Of a stretch of DNA of 64,000 nt, positions 23,210 to 33,917 are shown one piece after another. The DNA is from a virus: positions 82,165-146,164 of the IMG/VR virus record IMGVR_UViG_3300045125_000119; one strand, given 5' to 3'. The translations under genes were made by a program, and so were the position numbers. The notes beneath the pieces are model-generated. The model was not told where the DNA came from and ran no database searches. It was given only the letters and a program-made list of their open reading frames with translations. Numbering within the stretch: the stretch's first letter is position 1; every line of letters starts with the position of its first letter.

Positions 23210-24325
23210 ACGTCATCAAAGCCGGTGGTTGCGACAAGCACAAAGAGTTGTCCGAGTTGTACACGACTTGGGGAACCTCCAAACTGCTTCAGCACACCGA
23301 CCTTTTGTACTCGATGCAGAAGGACCGGAAGTTCTTCCCAGTCCAGGTTCAAATCTGCCCCACGGAGGTTTGTGACAGCGATTGCCCGTTCTGTGCGGTC
23401 GGCTACCGTCCGTACAAGAGTTCGATGCCGTGGTCGATGATCGAGAAGTGCATAACAGACTTCAAGTCGCTCGGAGCCAAGAGCATTGAGATAACCGGGC
23501 GGCGGCAATCCGATGCTGTATAAGTGCAAAGAAACCGGCAAGAATATCAACGACATCATCCGGTTCGCCGCCGATCTGAAACTCGACATCGGGATCATTA
23601 CCAACAGTGAAAAGTTGACCCGGCTCGACCCGATTTTGTACGACAAAATCAACTGGCTCAGGGTGAGTCTCATCAAGTTGGACGAGGGGAAACGGCCAGA
23701 AGACTACGACTTCAACGGGTTCCCTTACGAGAAGTTGGGTTTCAGCTACATCATCTATGACGGTGCGAAAGGTTGTCGGACGGGACGGGACTACGAGGGA
23801 ACCGACCCACAGACCATTGAGAAAATTGCGAGTTTGGTAGAATTGCATCCGGGGATCAAGTTCGTTCGGATCGCCGGGAACTCCCTCATTACCGGATACA
23901 ACGATCAGAGCAGCAAAAAGTTCAAGAGCGTGATCGACGCAGTTGACCGGCACAAAAAGTTCTTCGTAAAAGACGTGGGTCTGAACGATTTCCCGTTCGA
24001 TCACGGCTGTTACGTCGGCATGATCCGGCCATTTGTGGCGGCGTCACCCAAGGGTGACGGCAAGTATTACGCCTACATCTGCAACAGCCATGTGTTGTTT
24101 TCGGAGCAAACATACGATCCCGACTTTGCTCTGTGCGAGGTTCAGGATATAGTGGATGCTTATTCTCGATTGAACAAGCACTACCAAGAACATGGTTATC
24201 CTTACGCCGTCAAGGGGAACTGTGGTCGTGGCTGGAAGGAAACTTGTAAGCTATGTTTTTACCAACCGAACAACGAACTCCTACACGCAGTAGTGACGGA
24301 AATTCCCGACAAGAATTTCCCGTAA
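23194..24325 (+). CDS. Radical SAM protein; frameshifted
   Basis: CDSDCPFC (CxxxCxxC), EITGG(G)NP, C-terminal SPASM-like cysteines. Confidence 0.85.
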
Positions 24326-24940
24326 ATTATCCTTCCGCCTACTACCAGTCCGGCAATTACAAGGATTACCTTTCCAGAGCGGTCAAGTACGACAAGCTGG
24401 CTCTGGATTTGCACGAAAATTTCCTCCGGTTCATGCCCGGCTCGGCCCCGCTTCTCGATTTCGGGTGCGGGGTCGGATTCTTGGTCAAGTCCCTGCAAAA
24501 TCTGAAATATTTCACCTACGGGTACGATCCGTCACCTTGGCCGGTCGAACACGGTAGTTCCGTTCTGGGAATAGAACACCTCACGACCGATTACAATAAG
24601 GCCATCGGGCCGTGGGAGTGGTACGAGGCCGTTACCGCCCTTGACGTGTTTGAACACATGAAGCCGGACGACGTGAGGCACTTTTTGCGAAACGTCAAGA
24701 CCCGGTATCTGATCGTTCGGATTCCCGTGTGTTTGCGGGACGGTGAAGATTTCTTTTGCAAGTTTCCCGAAACGACCCCACGCACATTACCTGCATGACG
24801 AAAATTGCGTGGGAAACGTTGTTCGCCGAGTGTCGGTTCTATTCCGTGTCTCAGTTGCACCTCCCGACGATTTACGACACTCCGGGGTGCTGTGTGCCAT
24901 TTACCACCAAGACAAATGAAAAAGATCATCAGTTACGTCC
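24322..24940 (+). CDS. Class I methyltransferase; frameshifted
   Basis: LLDFGCGVG, ALDVFEHM, DPTHI. Confidence 0.8.
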
Positions 24941-25646
24941 TGTGGGGCGACGACCCAATTTACAACGTCGGCATCTGTGAGAACGTCAAGAACGCCGCCC
25001 GCTTCTACCCGGACTGGAAAGTGCGGGTGTATTGCGAACAGGCGTGCCCGGCCCATTCGATCTGGCGTTCATGGACGACATTTGTGAGGTCGTACCGTTT
25101 GCCCCGACGAAGATCGGCTCGACTTACTGTTGGTCAAACCTTTTGCAGAGGTATCGGCCGTTGTACGAAGACAACGAAGCCGTAATTTTCGTGACGCAGA
25201 CTCTCGTTTGAGCGACAAAGAAGCCAAGGCGGTGGGCGAGTGGTTGGATTCCGGCAAATCTCTGCACGTCATGCACGACGATGTGACGCACTGGCGGTTC
25301 CCTATATGTAGCGGCATGTGGGCGTTCGGGGCCGGAAATGGCTGCCGGGTCTGTACGAGATGTTCGAGCGGTGGATGGATTTCCGTGGTCACAAAGACGC
25401 CGTCCGAAAGGAACTGGCGGTTGACGAACATTTTTGGCGGAAGTAGTGTGGCCGATGTTCCGGTGTGGGAACTACATCGGTCACGGCATCAGGACCGAAG
25501 GCGAACCGTGGGGAAAGAACGATAAACCTTACCCGCCCCACGAACCTTTGGAATACGGACGATATATTGGTGAGAAAATCTGGGTATCTGAGCCGCCCAA
25601 ACTGCCGAAGTTTTTCTACTACAGGTCAGCGAATAACGGGCAGTGA
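24916..25646 (+). CDS. Putative glycosyltransferase-like protein; frameshifted
   Basis: IISYVLWGDDPIY..FYPDWKVRVY..FRDADSRL..GMW. Confidence 0.55.
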
Positions 25647-26637
25647 GTAGGCGAACGGTTTGCTTTTGTTTTTAACTAGCAAGTCGAAGGCGTTCATTAT
25701 TTCGTTGGCTTTTGTTTCTGCCACGCACGGCTTCGGATGGTGCAGCGGGACTTTCGGACACATTTGCCAGTTGTTGCACGGCCCGCACCAGTCGGGGTCA
25801 CAGTCTTTGTGTTTCTGTACCAGCATGAAGTCGTAGTGTTTTCCGTACACTTTGCCGTTAGTCCAACTGAATATGCCGATCAGCGGTTTTTTCATTCCGC
25901 CCGCCAAGTGAAAAGCCGCTGTGTCGATAGAAATGACGTAATCGACGGCGGCGATTACCGATTTCCACGTCATCAGATCGGCAGTCACGATAGATTGGCA
26001 ATTGAGCAATTGAAACAGAGGCGGCGGATCGGTGTGCATAACGACTACATTGAATCCCCTGTTTTGAAGGCCGATAACCACATCAACAACTGTATTGTCA
26101 AACAGATTTTTTCAGTTCCGTTGTTCGTAAACGGAACGAATAACACCGACGGTTTGTCGCCGATTAGCTTTCTGGCTTCTAACAAATAAGGTGTCGGCAC
26201 TTTCAGGTGCATATCGTGTTTCTGAAGTTCTACGCCGCAACTTCCGGCCCAGATGTCGCTTCTGTTGACGCTACAGTTTATTCCCGTCGAAGCCTCGTAT
26301 ACTCGACACCGGGTTGTGGTGTCATAAACTATGCCATAGTCTTCATTTTTGGAATAGAGGTAGTCGTAGCAATCGTGCAGGAATGGGTGATCCTTGACGA
26401 TTTGAAGGTATTCCTGCGGGCAACAAAAAGTGAGTTCGATTTCCGGCATTATCCGATGGAAGTCCTCGAAGATCATCCTGTGCATGATGATGTCGCCGAG
26501 GCCACCCACACGCCGCCGAGACCAACACTTTGTTGCGACGTTCCCAGAATTGCCGTAAAGATACAGGTTTTTTCCCACGCTTTTTTACCAGACACTTGAA
26601 TAACGTGTTCTTGCCAGCTTTGTTTTTCTTTTCGCAT
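25626..26637 (-). CDS. GT9 (heptosyltransferase-like) glycosyltransferase; frameshifted
   Basis: GGLGDII, VISIDTAAFHLAGGMKKPLIGIF. Confidence 0.8.
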
Positions 26638-26650
26638 TGATACATATAGT

Positions 26651-26815
26651 GTCCTTGAGCGATCCAAGCTGTCTTCAGCCACGGGGAGTTCGACGTTCGG
26701 TCTGTCTGTGAGGATGACCGATCTTCGCCCGGTGGAGGGAACGAGCCATCACAGGGCTGGGATGGTTTTAGCCACCGGCCAGCATCGCCCACCTTGGTAA
26801 AAACCAGTCAAGGGC
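26651..26815 (+). ncRNA. ssrS: Probable 6S RNA homolog
   Basis: Closing stem GTCCTTGA/TCAAGGGC; 5' purine run CCACGGGGAG; 3' CCCACCTTG...TCAAGGG resembling conserved 6S segments; own promoter and terminator. Confidence 0.6.
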
Positions 26816-26850
26816 AAGGAAGGCCAGACTCGTTGTCTGGCCTTCCTTTT
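26816..26850 (+). terminator. Intrinsic terminator
   Basis: AAGGAAGGCCAGAC-tcgtt-GTCTGGCCTTCCTT followed by TT. Confidence 0.8.
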
Positions 26851-26892
26851 CCAGATTGACCACAAAAAGACCGGCCATACTACTGTAGTTGT

Positions 26893-27695
26893 ATGACCAA
26901 AGAATTTCCCGTTTTAACCACTTGGCAATCAGATTTGATTGCTGGATCGTTGCTCGGCGACGGCTGCCTTCACAGTGGGCCGAGTGGCAATGCCCGATTT
27001 TTGAAAAATCAAGCAATTGTCAAAAGGGAATATTTGCAGTGGATGTACGAGCAATTGCTTCCGTACAGTAGCAATATTTTCGACAAAGAAACTTCTGGAA
27101 TTAGTTTTGTCAGCGGAAAAATCGTAAGTGATGTGACTAAGCCTAAGTTGCAGTCTTGTTGGATGTACACTTCTCGTCATCCATATTTCACTGCTTTGAA
27201 AAGTATCTGGTACAAAAATGGGGTGAAAGTCATTCCTTCTGGATTTGTTTTGACGCCGCCGATTATAGCCATTTGGTTTTTCGATGATGGTCACATTGAT
27301 GTGAGCCGTCATCGAGCCGGATTTTGCACCAACGGTTTCACCTTAGATGAATGTCGGTATTTGTCAGATCAATTAAGGTTATTTGATATTGAAGCTAAAG
27401 TTAGTGTTGAAAAAACAGCAACGGTAATCATCAGCCTAGATTGAGAGTTTACAAAAACCGGTCTTTTTTGGCTTTAACTGAGATGGTTAAGCCGTATGCA
27501 ATTTGGGATTGCTTGGCGTATAAAGTTGATTTGAAAAATTACGTCGCCCCAAATGATAAACCCGGTCCAAAACCGACTGTTACAGATGAGATTAAGGAGC
27601 AAATCAGGAAATTATCACCTTATTTATCACAGAGAAAAATTGCAGCGAAGGTAGGAATCAGTCAGGCTTCAGTTTGGAAGGTGCTAAATGGGTGA
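26893..27695 (+). CDS. LAGLIDADG homing endonuclease with C-terminal HTH; frameshifted
   Basis: IAGSLLGDG, IAIWFFDDG, CTNGFT; LSQRKIAAKVGISQASV HTH. Confidence 0.85.
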
Positions 27696-28317
27696 ATTTG
27701 ACTTAGTTGAACTTAAAAAATATGTAGATGACTGTCTTGATAAGTCGATACTTAGCAGCAGAATTTTGCTTGATCGAATGCGTGTGTTGGATGAGTCTTC
27801 TCGCAAGACTGCCGCTTATGCTGATCCGAAGTATGTTATGTTCTACTACCATTTGGGCAAATTCCTGAAAGCGGAATCAATGGTAGAAGTGGGGTTCAAT
27901 CTCGGCCTGCTTAGTGCTTGCTTCCTGAAATCCTGTAAAACGTTAAAGAAGTATGTCGGGTTCCAAGAACGCCGACAAGAATACTATTCTCCCCGACTCG
28001 GAACGCTTAACGTCAAAGCCAACTACAAAGGCGAGTTCCATATCCACGTCGGCAACTTCACGGATACCGAATTCACGGAAAAAATATCACCAAATTCATT
28101 AGATTTGGTCATACTTAATGACGAGGTTGGTTTCGACAAGCATTTGACCTATCTGGATTTTTTCTGGGATCATTTATCCGCCAACGGCATTATTGTGGCG
28201 GAATACATTGTCCGGCACACACCGGCCAGAGATGCGTTCAGAGCTTTTTGTGAAAGCAAGAGTCGAGAGCCGACGGTGTTTGAAACCCGTTACGGGACCG
28301 GCCTCGTTCAAAAGTAA
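27688..28317 (+). CDS. Methyltransferase-fold protein
   Basis: MVEVGFNLGL, LDLVIL, LSANGIIV. Confidence 0.55.
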   Translation: MGEFDLVELKKYVDDCLDKSILSSRILLDRMRVLDESSRKTAAYADPKYVMFYYHLGKFLKAESMVEVGFNLGLLSACFLKSCKTLKKYVGFQERRQEYYSPRLGTLNVKANYKGEFHIHVGNFTDTEFTEKISPNSLDLVILNDEVGFDKHLTYLDFFWDHLSANGIIVAEYIVRHTPARDAFRAFCESKSREPTVFETRYGTGLVQK

Positions 28318-28384
28318 AGGATGAGAGGATGAAAAAGACGAACTAAAGGAGTACCTGCTGCGTGATGCGGCGAGTCTCCGATCA

Positions 28385-29383
28385 TTGAGTTTCAGCGAGA
28401 ATTACATTAAAGAATCTCTCGCCAACACCGAAAAGTGGGCCAAGACCGGTCTTTTGGGCGGAATATCCGACCCGTATATCGGTCGCCAGCTATCTCGCCT
28501 GATGCAGAATCAGTTGGAGTTTAACGAAGACGGATGGCAAGAGCCGAAGGTTTCGGAAGGAATGCCGGAACCCGATTACAGCACCGCCCAGATGAGGCGG
28601 ATAAGTATCCCCGTGGTACGGCGTGTTTTTGGCAGTTTCTTGCCCCATGCTTTTGGTATCGGTTCAGGTGATTTCGAGGCCAGAGGATCGGTTCTACTAC
28701 ACTGGTTTGGACGAGCGTCAAAACAGTTTGGTAATTACTGCCAAGACGAGATGGGTTGGGACGGACTGGTTGAATATGAACCGGCTGGACGAAGAAGGAC
28801 AATTTAGTCTGGACCGGGAAGCCGAAGAGGTTGCCCGGTTCTGTGAGACTTATTCTTACGATTGCGAGTCCGAAGTCATTCGTGATTTGACCAACAATGC
28901 CGGGAGTTCGGCCAAAGCCGAGTACAAAGACCCGGAGGATTTGGCGAATCTGATCGAAGGCATGGAGCTGCATATATCGGTGCCAAAATCAAAGGTCGTG
29001 AGGCGAACTGGATCGTGGTTTCTCCAAAAGTGGCAGAACTGCTTCGCCCATCTCTCAGCGAATGGGCCGACGGTCCATACCGTGGGATGTTGAGGGAAAA
29101 ATGGAAAGTATTTGAGTCCCGATATCCCGCCGAAGGTTCGATTTTGATGGGCCACAAGGACAATAGGCAGCACTATCTCGCAGGATATTTTTACTGTCCA
29201 TATGTACCGTTTTCGGTTCAGCTTGATTGGGACGACAAGAAACAGCAGTGGCACAACATTTTGTGGTTACGTTACGGGAAGAAGCTGATTGATTCAAATT
29301 TCTACGGGGTCATCGACATATCTAACTTGCCGAAGACTCAGACCGAGGAACCGGCACCCGAAGCGGCGGAAGAGGTGCAATAA
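28385..29383 (+). CDS. Shortened T4 gp23-like major capsid protein paralog; frameshifted
   Basis: KWAKTGLL, LMQNQ, RRISIPVVRRVF, VSPKVA, AGYFYCPYVP, RYGKKL..NFY. Confidence 0.7.
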
Positions 29384-30131
29384 TGGGATACGAAATTACA
29401 TACAGTTATCACGAAAAAGCAGACGAGGGCTACAACAAAGAAGAAACTAAGAGCAAGAAGAAGAAGGTGGGCGATCCTTTCGAGGACGTGCCGCTCGAAA
29501 AACTTGCGTCGGAAATCATTAAATTGATGGCCCGGCGGGACATTTTCGTGGTCGGTTTTGAGATATTTGAACTCGCCAAGAAGGAAGTCACTTTCCGTGA
29601 AACCAGCTGGCGGAATCGTCCTCAAGAACCGCAAGTTTCTTTTCGATGACGACGATCCCGTAACGGTCAGTGAAGCGATTCAGCCGACTCTTCCACGAAA
29701 TTCCGCAGCACGCCCAACAGATTCCGCAGCACATGACTGTATCGGCAGAAGCGCCTCCGGTTCAGCCGGGTCTTCAGCCTCACAATCGTGGTCAACTTCG
29801 AGTGGTGAAATACATGATTTTCGCCCCGAATTGCAGATGATGCCGGAAGTAAAACAAAAGGGTTTGCGGTTTACGCCCGACAAGAAGTACCCTCGTCTTC
29901 CAGATTCAGCCGCACCCGACTGGTATCGGCGAGGTTTTCAAAATGGTGGACGATACCGGTCGAGAACAACTGGTATCGGACAAGTATTTTGTTCCCGGCG
30001 ATCCTGTATTGTTTGCAGATAGGGAACTTGGTTTCTCAGAAAGTCCTTCTCAGAGGGACGGCGGTAAGCCATATTGGGGTAATGCCGCCCAAGAACCCGA
30101 TATGCCCAACTTGCGGTCTGGACGACGATAA
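29383..30131 (+). CDS. Hypothetical protein; frameshifted
   Basis: Coupled ORF fragments in a co-directional run. Confidence 0.5.
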
Positions 30132-30299
30132 TGGAACTGCCAGATCGTATCGTTGTGGAAAATATTCCCTCGGTGATTGATGGGCCATTTTTCTCGCCAA
30201 TCTATCCCGGCGAACCCATTTCTGTTACAATTGATTTAACATTGCCCGTCGATATTGGCGGGCAGTGCGTTGTGATAATTCCCGAAAGGCGTAAGTCAG

Positions 30300-30824
30300 A
30301 TGAACAACGAAAGAAAATTCAAAAAGAAAAAGGAACGGGAAAGAAGGTCAAGGAGAAGATGGCCGTTCGACGTGCAGCCCTGCACGAACACCGTAAAGAG
30401 CAACGGGCCGAAGAACTGCGTCTTCAGGCCGAATTTGAACTCAAAAACGGCAAACCCGAACCTATTCTGAATGACCCGGAAGCTATTCTGCGTCGTGAGG
30501 AAAAAGAAAAAGGCCAATGTCGAAGACCGCCTCAAGAGGAACCTTGCTATATTGGAGGCTCTCGAAGCGGAATACGATCAGGAGCAAACTCTGCGACAGA
30601 AAGTTAACGAGAAGCTCGAAGAAGAGGGGCACACCACAATAAAGGCCAAACTCGACGCCATGCACAAGAAGGCCAAAGAAATACAGCAAATCATGAGCGG
30701 TGTATCTAAGGTCGGGCAAGGATCGACTCCGGCCGAACTCACCCCAGAAGAAATGAGCTTGGCGTCCAAAGTCGAAGAGGAAATTGTGGTGGCCGAAAAT
30801 ATTTCCCAGGAATCTGAAAAATAA
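30300..30824 (+). CDS. Coiled-coil hypothetical protein; frameshifted
   Basis: K/E/R-rich ORF fragments. Confidence 0.5.
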
Positions 30825-30932
30825 ACTAAAGTCCTCTGGCACTTTCAGCGATATAGGGTACAACAGAGGCGTCGGACTGACCGACACCGCAGACAACCTT
30901 CAGCAACCTTCAGTAACTACGGAGAACAACTA

Positions 30933-31916
30933 ATGGCACTGGAATTTGAACCCCTCGATATGGCGGAAGTCGCAACCGAATCTGAACGGGTAAATACCGA
31001 GCAGGGAGCGGGCGACGGCTTCCTCGACAAGTTTGTAAAGCTGCCGGAACGTAACGGCTACGTCATGATGCGTATTCTGCCCCGGAAGAAGGGCCAGAAG
31101 CTTTACTGCGCCACCCGCACCCACCGTCTCACCAATCCGACGACTGGTCAAAGCAAGAGCCTCCACTGCCCGAAGGAACTGGTCATGACTGACCGGGGTC
31201 CGAGGTGGCAGGGTGAGTGCATCATCTGCAAATACTACAGCGACCTGTGGCAGAAGTCGGAAAAGCTTAACGGTAAGGCTCAAGAAGACCTTCAACAGAA
31301 GGCTCGTGAAATCAAGCCGGTTGAGCGGTATTACTACAACGTGATTGTCCGTCAGGAGAAGGACAAGAACGGGGCGGTTCACACGAACGTCGGCCCGAAG
31401 ATTTACTCCTGCGGCAAGACCGTACACGCCAAGATCATGCGTGCCATTGTCGGCGATCAGTCGATGGGCGAAAAGCCTCTCGGCGACATCACCAATCCGA
31501 CCAACGGCCGTGACTTCCGCTTGGTGAAAGCCGTTGTCAAGTCTGGCGGCAACGAGTACCCGAACTACGACAACTCGAAGTTCGAGGAACCGTCCCCGTT
31601 GGGCGAGATGGACGAAATGGAAGGTTGGATCGAGAACCTCAACGACCTTTCGGCTCTGCGAGTCCTCAAGGACGAAGAAGTCCTGAAGCACGAGTTGAAG
31701 GTTCACCTTGGACTCGTGAAAGAAGAGGGTGCCAAGGACGATCTGGCCGAGTTCCGTTCCGCTCCGTCGGCCGCATCGAGTGCATCGCCGTCTGACGCCG
31801 AAGAAACTGTGCGTGAAGAACTCACTTCTAAGCCTGCGGCCAAGGCCGAGGCCAAGAAGCAAGAAGAAGACGTTCTGGCCGACGACGATTTCATGAAAGA
31901 ATTGGGCGAAATGTAA
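30933..31916 (+). CDS. gp32-like single-stranded DNA-binding protein
   Basis: MRILP, CP..CIIC zinc site, RYYYNVIVR, GRDFRLVK, YPNYDNSKF, acidic tail. Confidence 0.85.
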   Translation: MALEFEPLDMAEVATESERVNTEQGAGDGFLDKFVKLPERNGYVMMRILPRKKGQKLYCATRTHRLTNPTTGQSKSLHCPKELVMTDRGPRWQGECIICKYYSDLWQKSEKLNGKAQEDLQQKAREIKPVERYYYNVIVRQEKDKNGAVHTNVGPKIYSCGKTVHAKIMRAIVGDQSMGEKPLGDITNPTNGRDFRLVKAVVKSGGNEYPNYDNSKFEEPSPLGEMDEMEGWIENLNDLSALRVLKDEEVLKHELKVHLGLVKEEGAKDDLAEFRSAPSAASSASPSDAEETVREELTSKPAAKAEAKKQEEDVLADDDFMKELGEM

Positions 31917-31919
31917 TCA

Positions 31920-31998
31920 CAACGGGAGAGCTACTTGGCTCCTACATCTAGGTGGCTCTCCCGTTGGGCCGTGTAGTTAAATCTACACGGCCTTTTTT
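31920..31998 (+). terminator. Tandem hairpins; the second is an intrinsic terminator
   Basis: CAACGGGAGAG...CTCTCCCGTTG, then GGCCGTGTAG..CTACACGGCC followed by a T run. Confidence 0.7.
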
Positions 31999-32028
31999 AT
32001 GTGCATATACAACCACAAGGAGATAGAG

Positions 32029-33276
32029 ATGGCTAAGAAGAAGGCAGCCTCGACCGAAATTGATGATGAGTATTTCAAAGAATTGGCAGAAGCGACCGGC
32101 GGTTCGGTTATAGACGACATCGACAGCGTGAGCTATTTCGTTGACACGGGCAACTTGGCGGTCAACTATATTTGCAGCGGTTTGTTCATTAAAGGTGGTG
32201 TCCCCGGCGGCAAAGTCACCGAGATTTTTGGTCCGTCTTCTTCGAGCAAATCGCTTTTCGGCAACAACATTCTGTTCGGCTGTCAGAAGATCAAAGGCAT
32301 CGCCATATTGATCGACGCCGAAAACTCGGCCAACAAAGAGTTCATCAAGAAGGCGTCTCACGCCGACCTCAAGAAGATGCTCCGTTACCAGCCGCCGACA
32401 CTGGAAAAGGTGTTCGCAAAGGTGTACGAAGTGGTTCGGGCCATTCGTGCGAAGAAAGGCCCGAACGTTCCCATTGTAATCGTTTACGACTCGATCACCG
32501 TCTCGCCATGTGAGCGGGAACTGCGGGAAGTACAACTCCCAGAAAACTACACCCAAGCCGACTTCAAGCGAATCGTCGGTGCAAAAAGTCAGCCCGGCGA
32601 ACGGGCCAAGGTGTGCAGTACCGAGTTCCGCAAGCTCGGATCGTTCATGGAAGAGAACAACGTCACGTTCATCGTCTTGAACCAGACCCGATCCAAGATC
32701 GGCGTGATGTACGGCAACCCGGAAACGACCGGCGGCGGCGGCACCTCTCTGGAGTTTTACGCTTCGTGTCGGTTGCGGCCTCAGACGTATGCGAAGATCG
32801 AAGAGAAGTTGACTTCCAAGAAAAAGATCATTCGTGGAATCAACGTCAAAATGGTGAACAAGAAGAACAAGACTCACCGGCCTTATGTCGAGTCGGACGG
32901 AATCCAACTCACCTTCGACAAAGGCATCAATCCTCTCGGCGGCTTGCTGTCGTGTTTGCTGGACTCAGGCCGCATTGAGAAGGCTGGTACGGGCTATTTC
33001 TTGGTGAAAGAGCCGTGGGCCGGTGGGTCTGAAGTCAAATTCCGTGGCAGTCTCGATAGCGGTAACAGCGTGCCGATGGACGTGCTGTTGAAGTGCCCCC
33101 GGCTGATCGACGCCGAAACGGAAGATGAGGTCAAAGCTTACCTCGAACCGTTCCGGGATGCGATGAACTACAAGATCGAGGGCGACATCGAGCAAACCGA
33201 AGTCGGCGACGGCGACAACGAAGACATTGATTCCGGTATTGACGAGGCGATTGACGCCGAACTGTCTGGCGAGTGA
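32029..33276 (+). CDS. recA: RecA/UvsX recombinase
   Basis: EIFGPSSSSKS, IDAEN, VYDS, LNQTR, GVMYGNPETTGGG.SLEFYAS. Confidence 0.92.
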   Translation: MAKKKAASTEIDDEYFKELAEATGGSVIDDIDSVSYFVDTGNLAVNYICSGLFIKGGVPGGKVTEIFGPSSSSKSLFGNNILFGCQKIKGIAILIDAENSANKEFIKKASHADLKKMLRYQPPTLEKVFAKVYEVVRAIRAKKGPNVPIVIVYDSITVSPCERELREVQLPENYTQADFKRIVGAKSQPGERAKVCSTEFRKLGSFMEENNVTFIVLNQTRSKIGVMYGNPETTGGGGTSLEFYASCRLRPQTYAKIEEKLTSKKKIIRGINVKMVNKKNKTHRPYVESDGIQLTFDKGINPLGGLLSCLLDSGRIEKAGTGYFLVKEPWAGGSEVKFRGSLDSGNSVPMDVLLKCPRLIDAETEDEVKAYLEPFRDAMNYKIEGDIEQTEVGDGDNEDIDSGIDEAIDAELSGE

Positions 33277-33285
33277 CGTGATCGG

Positions 33286-33358
33286 TGTCGTGATTCGAGA
33301 TTTTCGTCCGAACGGACCCTCGAATCACGACATTTTGTCGTGATTCATGTCGTGATTC
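33286..33358. repeat. Four copies of TGTCGTGATTC (orientations +,-,+,+)
   Basis: Copies at 33286, 33322 (inverted), 33336 and 33348, between convergent genes. Confidence 0.85.
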
Positions 33359-33821
33359 GTTTCTCTACGAAGTATTTGCCCCCACCGACTTTGATCGGAC
33401 TGAATCCCATCTTTTGGAGCATTTCGAGCGACCGCCGCAAGTGATTGCAGAAACAGGCGGTCGTCAATTTGTGCTTCGAGAATTTTTCTCGCAAGTCTCC
33501 CAGAGTTACCACCTTCCCGTTCATCAGTTGCTTGATGATGTAGTCACGGATGGCGTCGGCATTTTTCAAGATTGTCGGTCGGTCCCGTCTTTCTTTGGTG
33601 ATTTTGGTTTCTAGTACCTCGAACTCGATTTGAGGGTTCTGGTAGTTCGGATCGCAGATCGCAGGTGCCAGTTCAGCCAAGTCCATTACTTTGCCACGAT
33701 TCAATTTGACTATGGACATCTCCACGTCGAACGTTTTTGAGAACTCGATTAGTTGCGGATAATTTTCTTCGTGCGTGAAAAATCTACGCCCGCCTTTTGC
33801 TTCGATCATTAGACAATTCAT
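33345..33821 (-). CDS. Hypothetical protein, possible C-terminal wHTH
   Basis: 158-aa ORF with GGAGG Shine-Dalgarno. Confidence 0.6.
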   Translation of the reverse strand: MNCLMIEAKGGRRFFTHEENYPQLIEFSKTFDVEMSIVKLNRGKVMDLAELAPAICDPNYQNPQIEFEVLETKITKERRDRPTILKNADAIRDYIIKQLMNGKVVTLGDLREKFSKHKLTTACFCNHLRRSLEMLQKMGFSPIKVGGGKYFVEKRITT

Positions 33822-33917
33822 ATGAGCCTCCCTACGGCACAGGAATTATACTCTGTACCAGGGAAATACGCAATTTTACTCGATTTAACTGGACATATAA
33901 TGGAAGGGGAAAACACA

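Noticed and set aside
26651-27695. Group I intron containing the LAGLIDADG gene
   Set aside because: The flanks are not two halves of one gene, and a terminator and separate promoter divide the structured RNA from the endonuclease, which appears free-standing.
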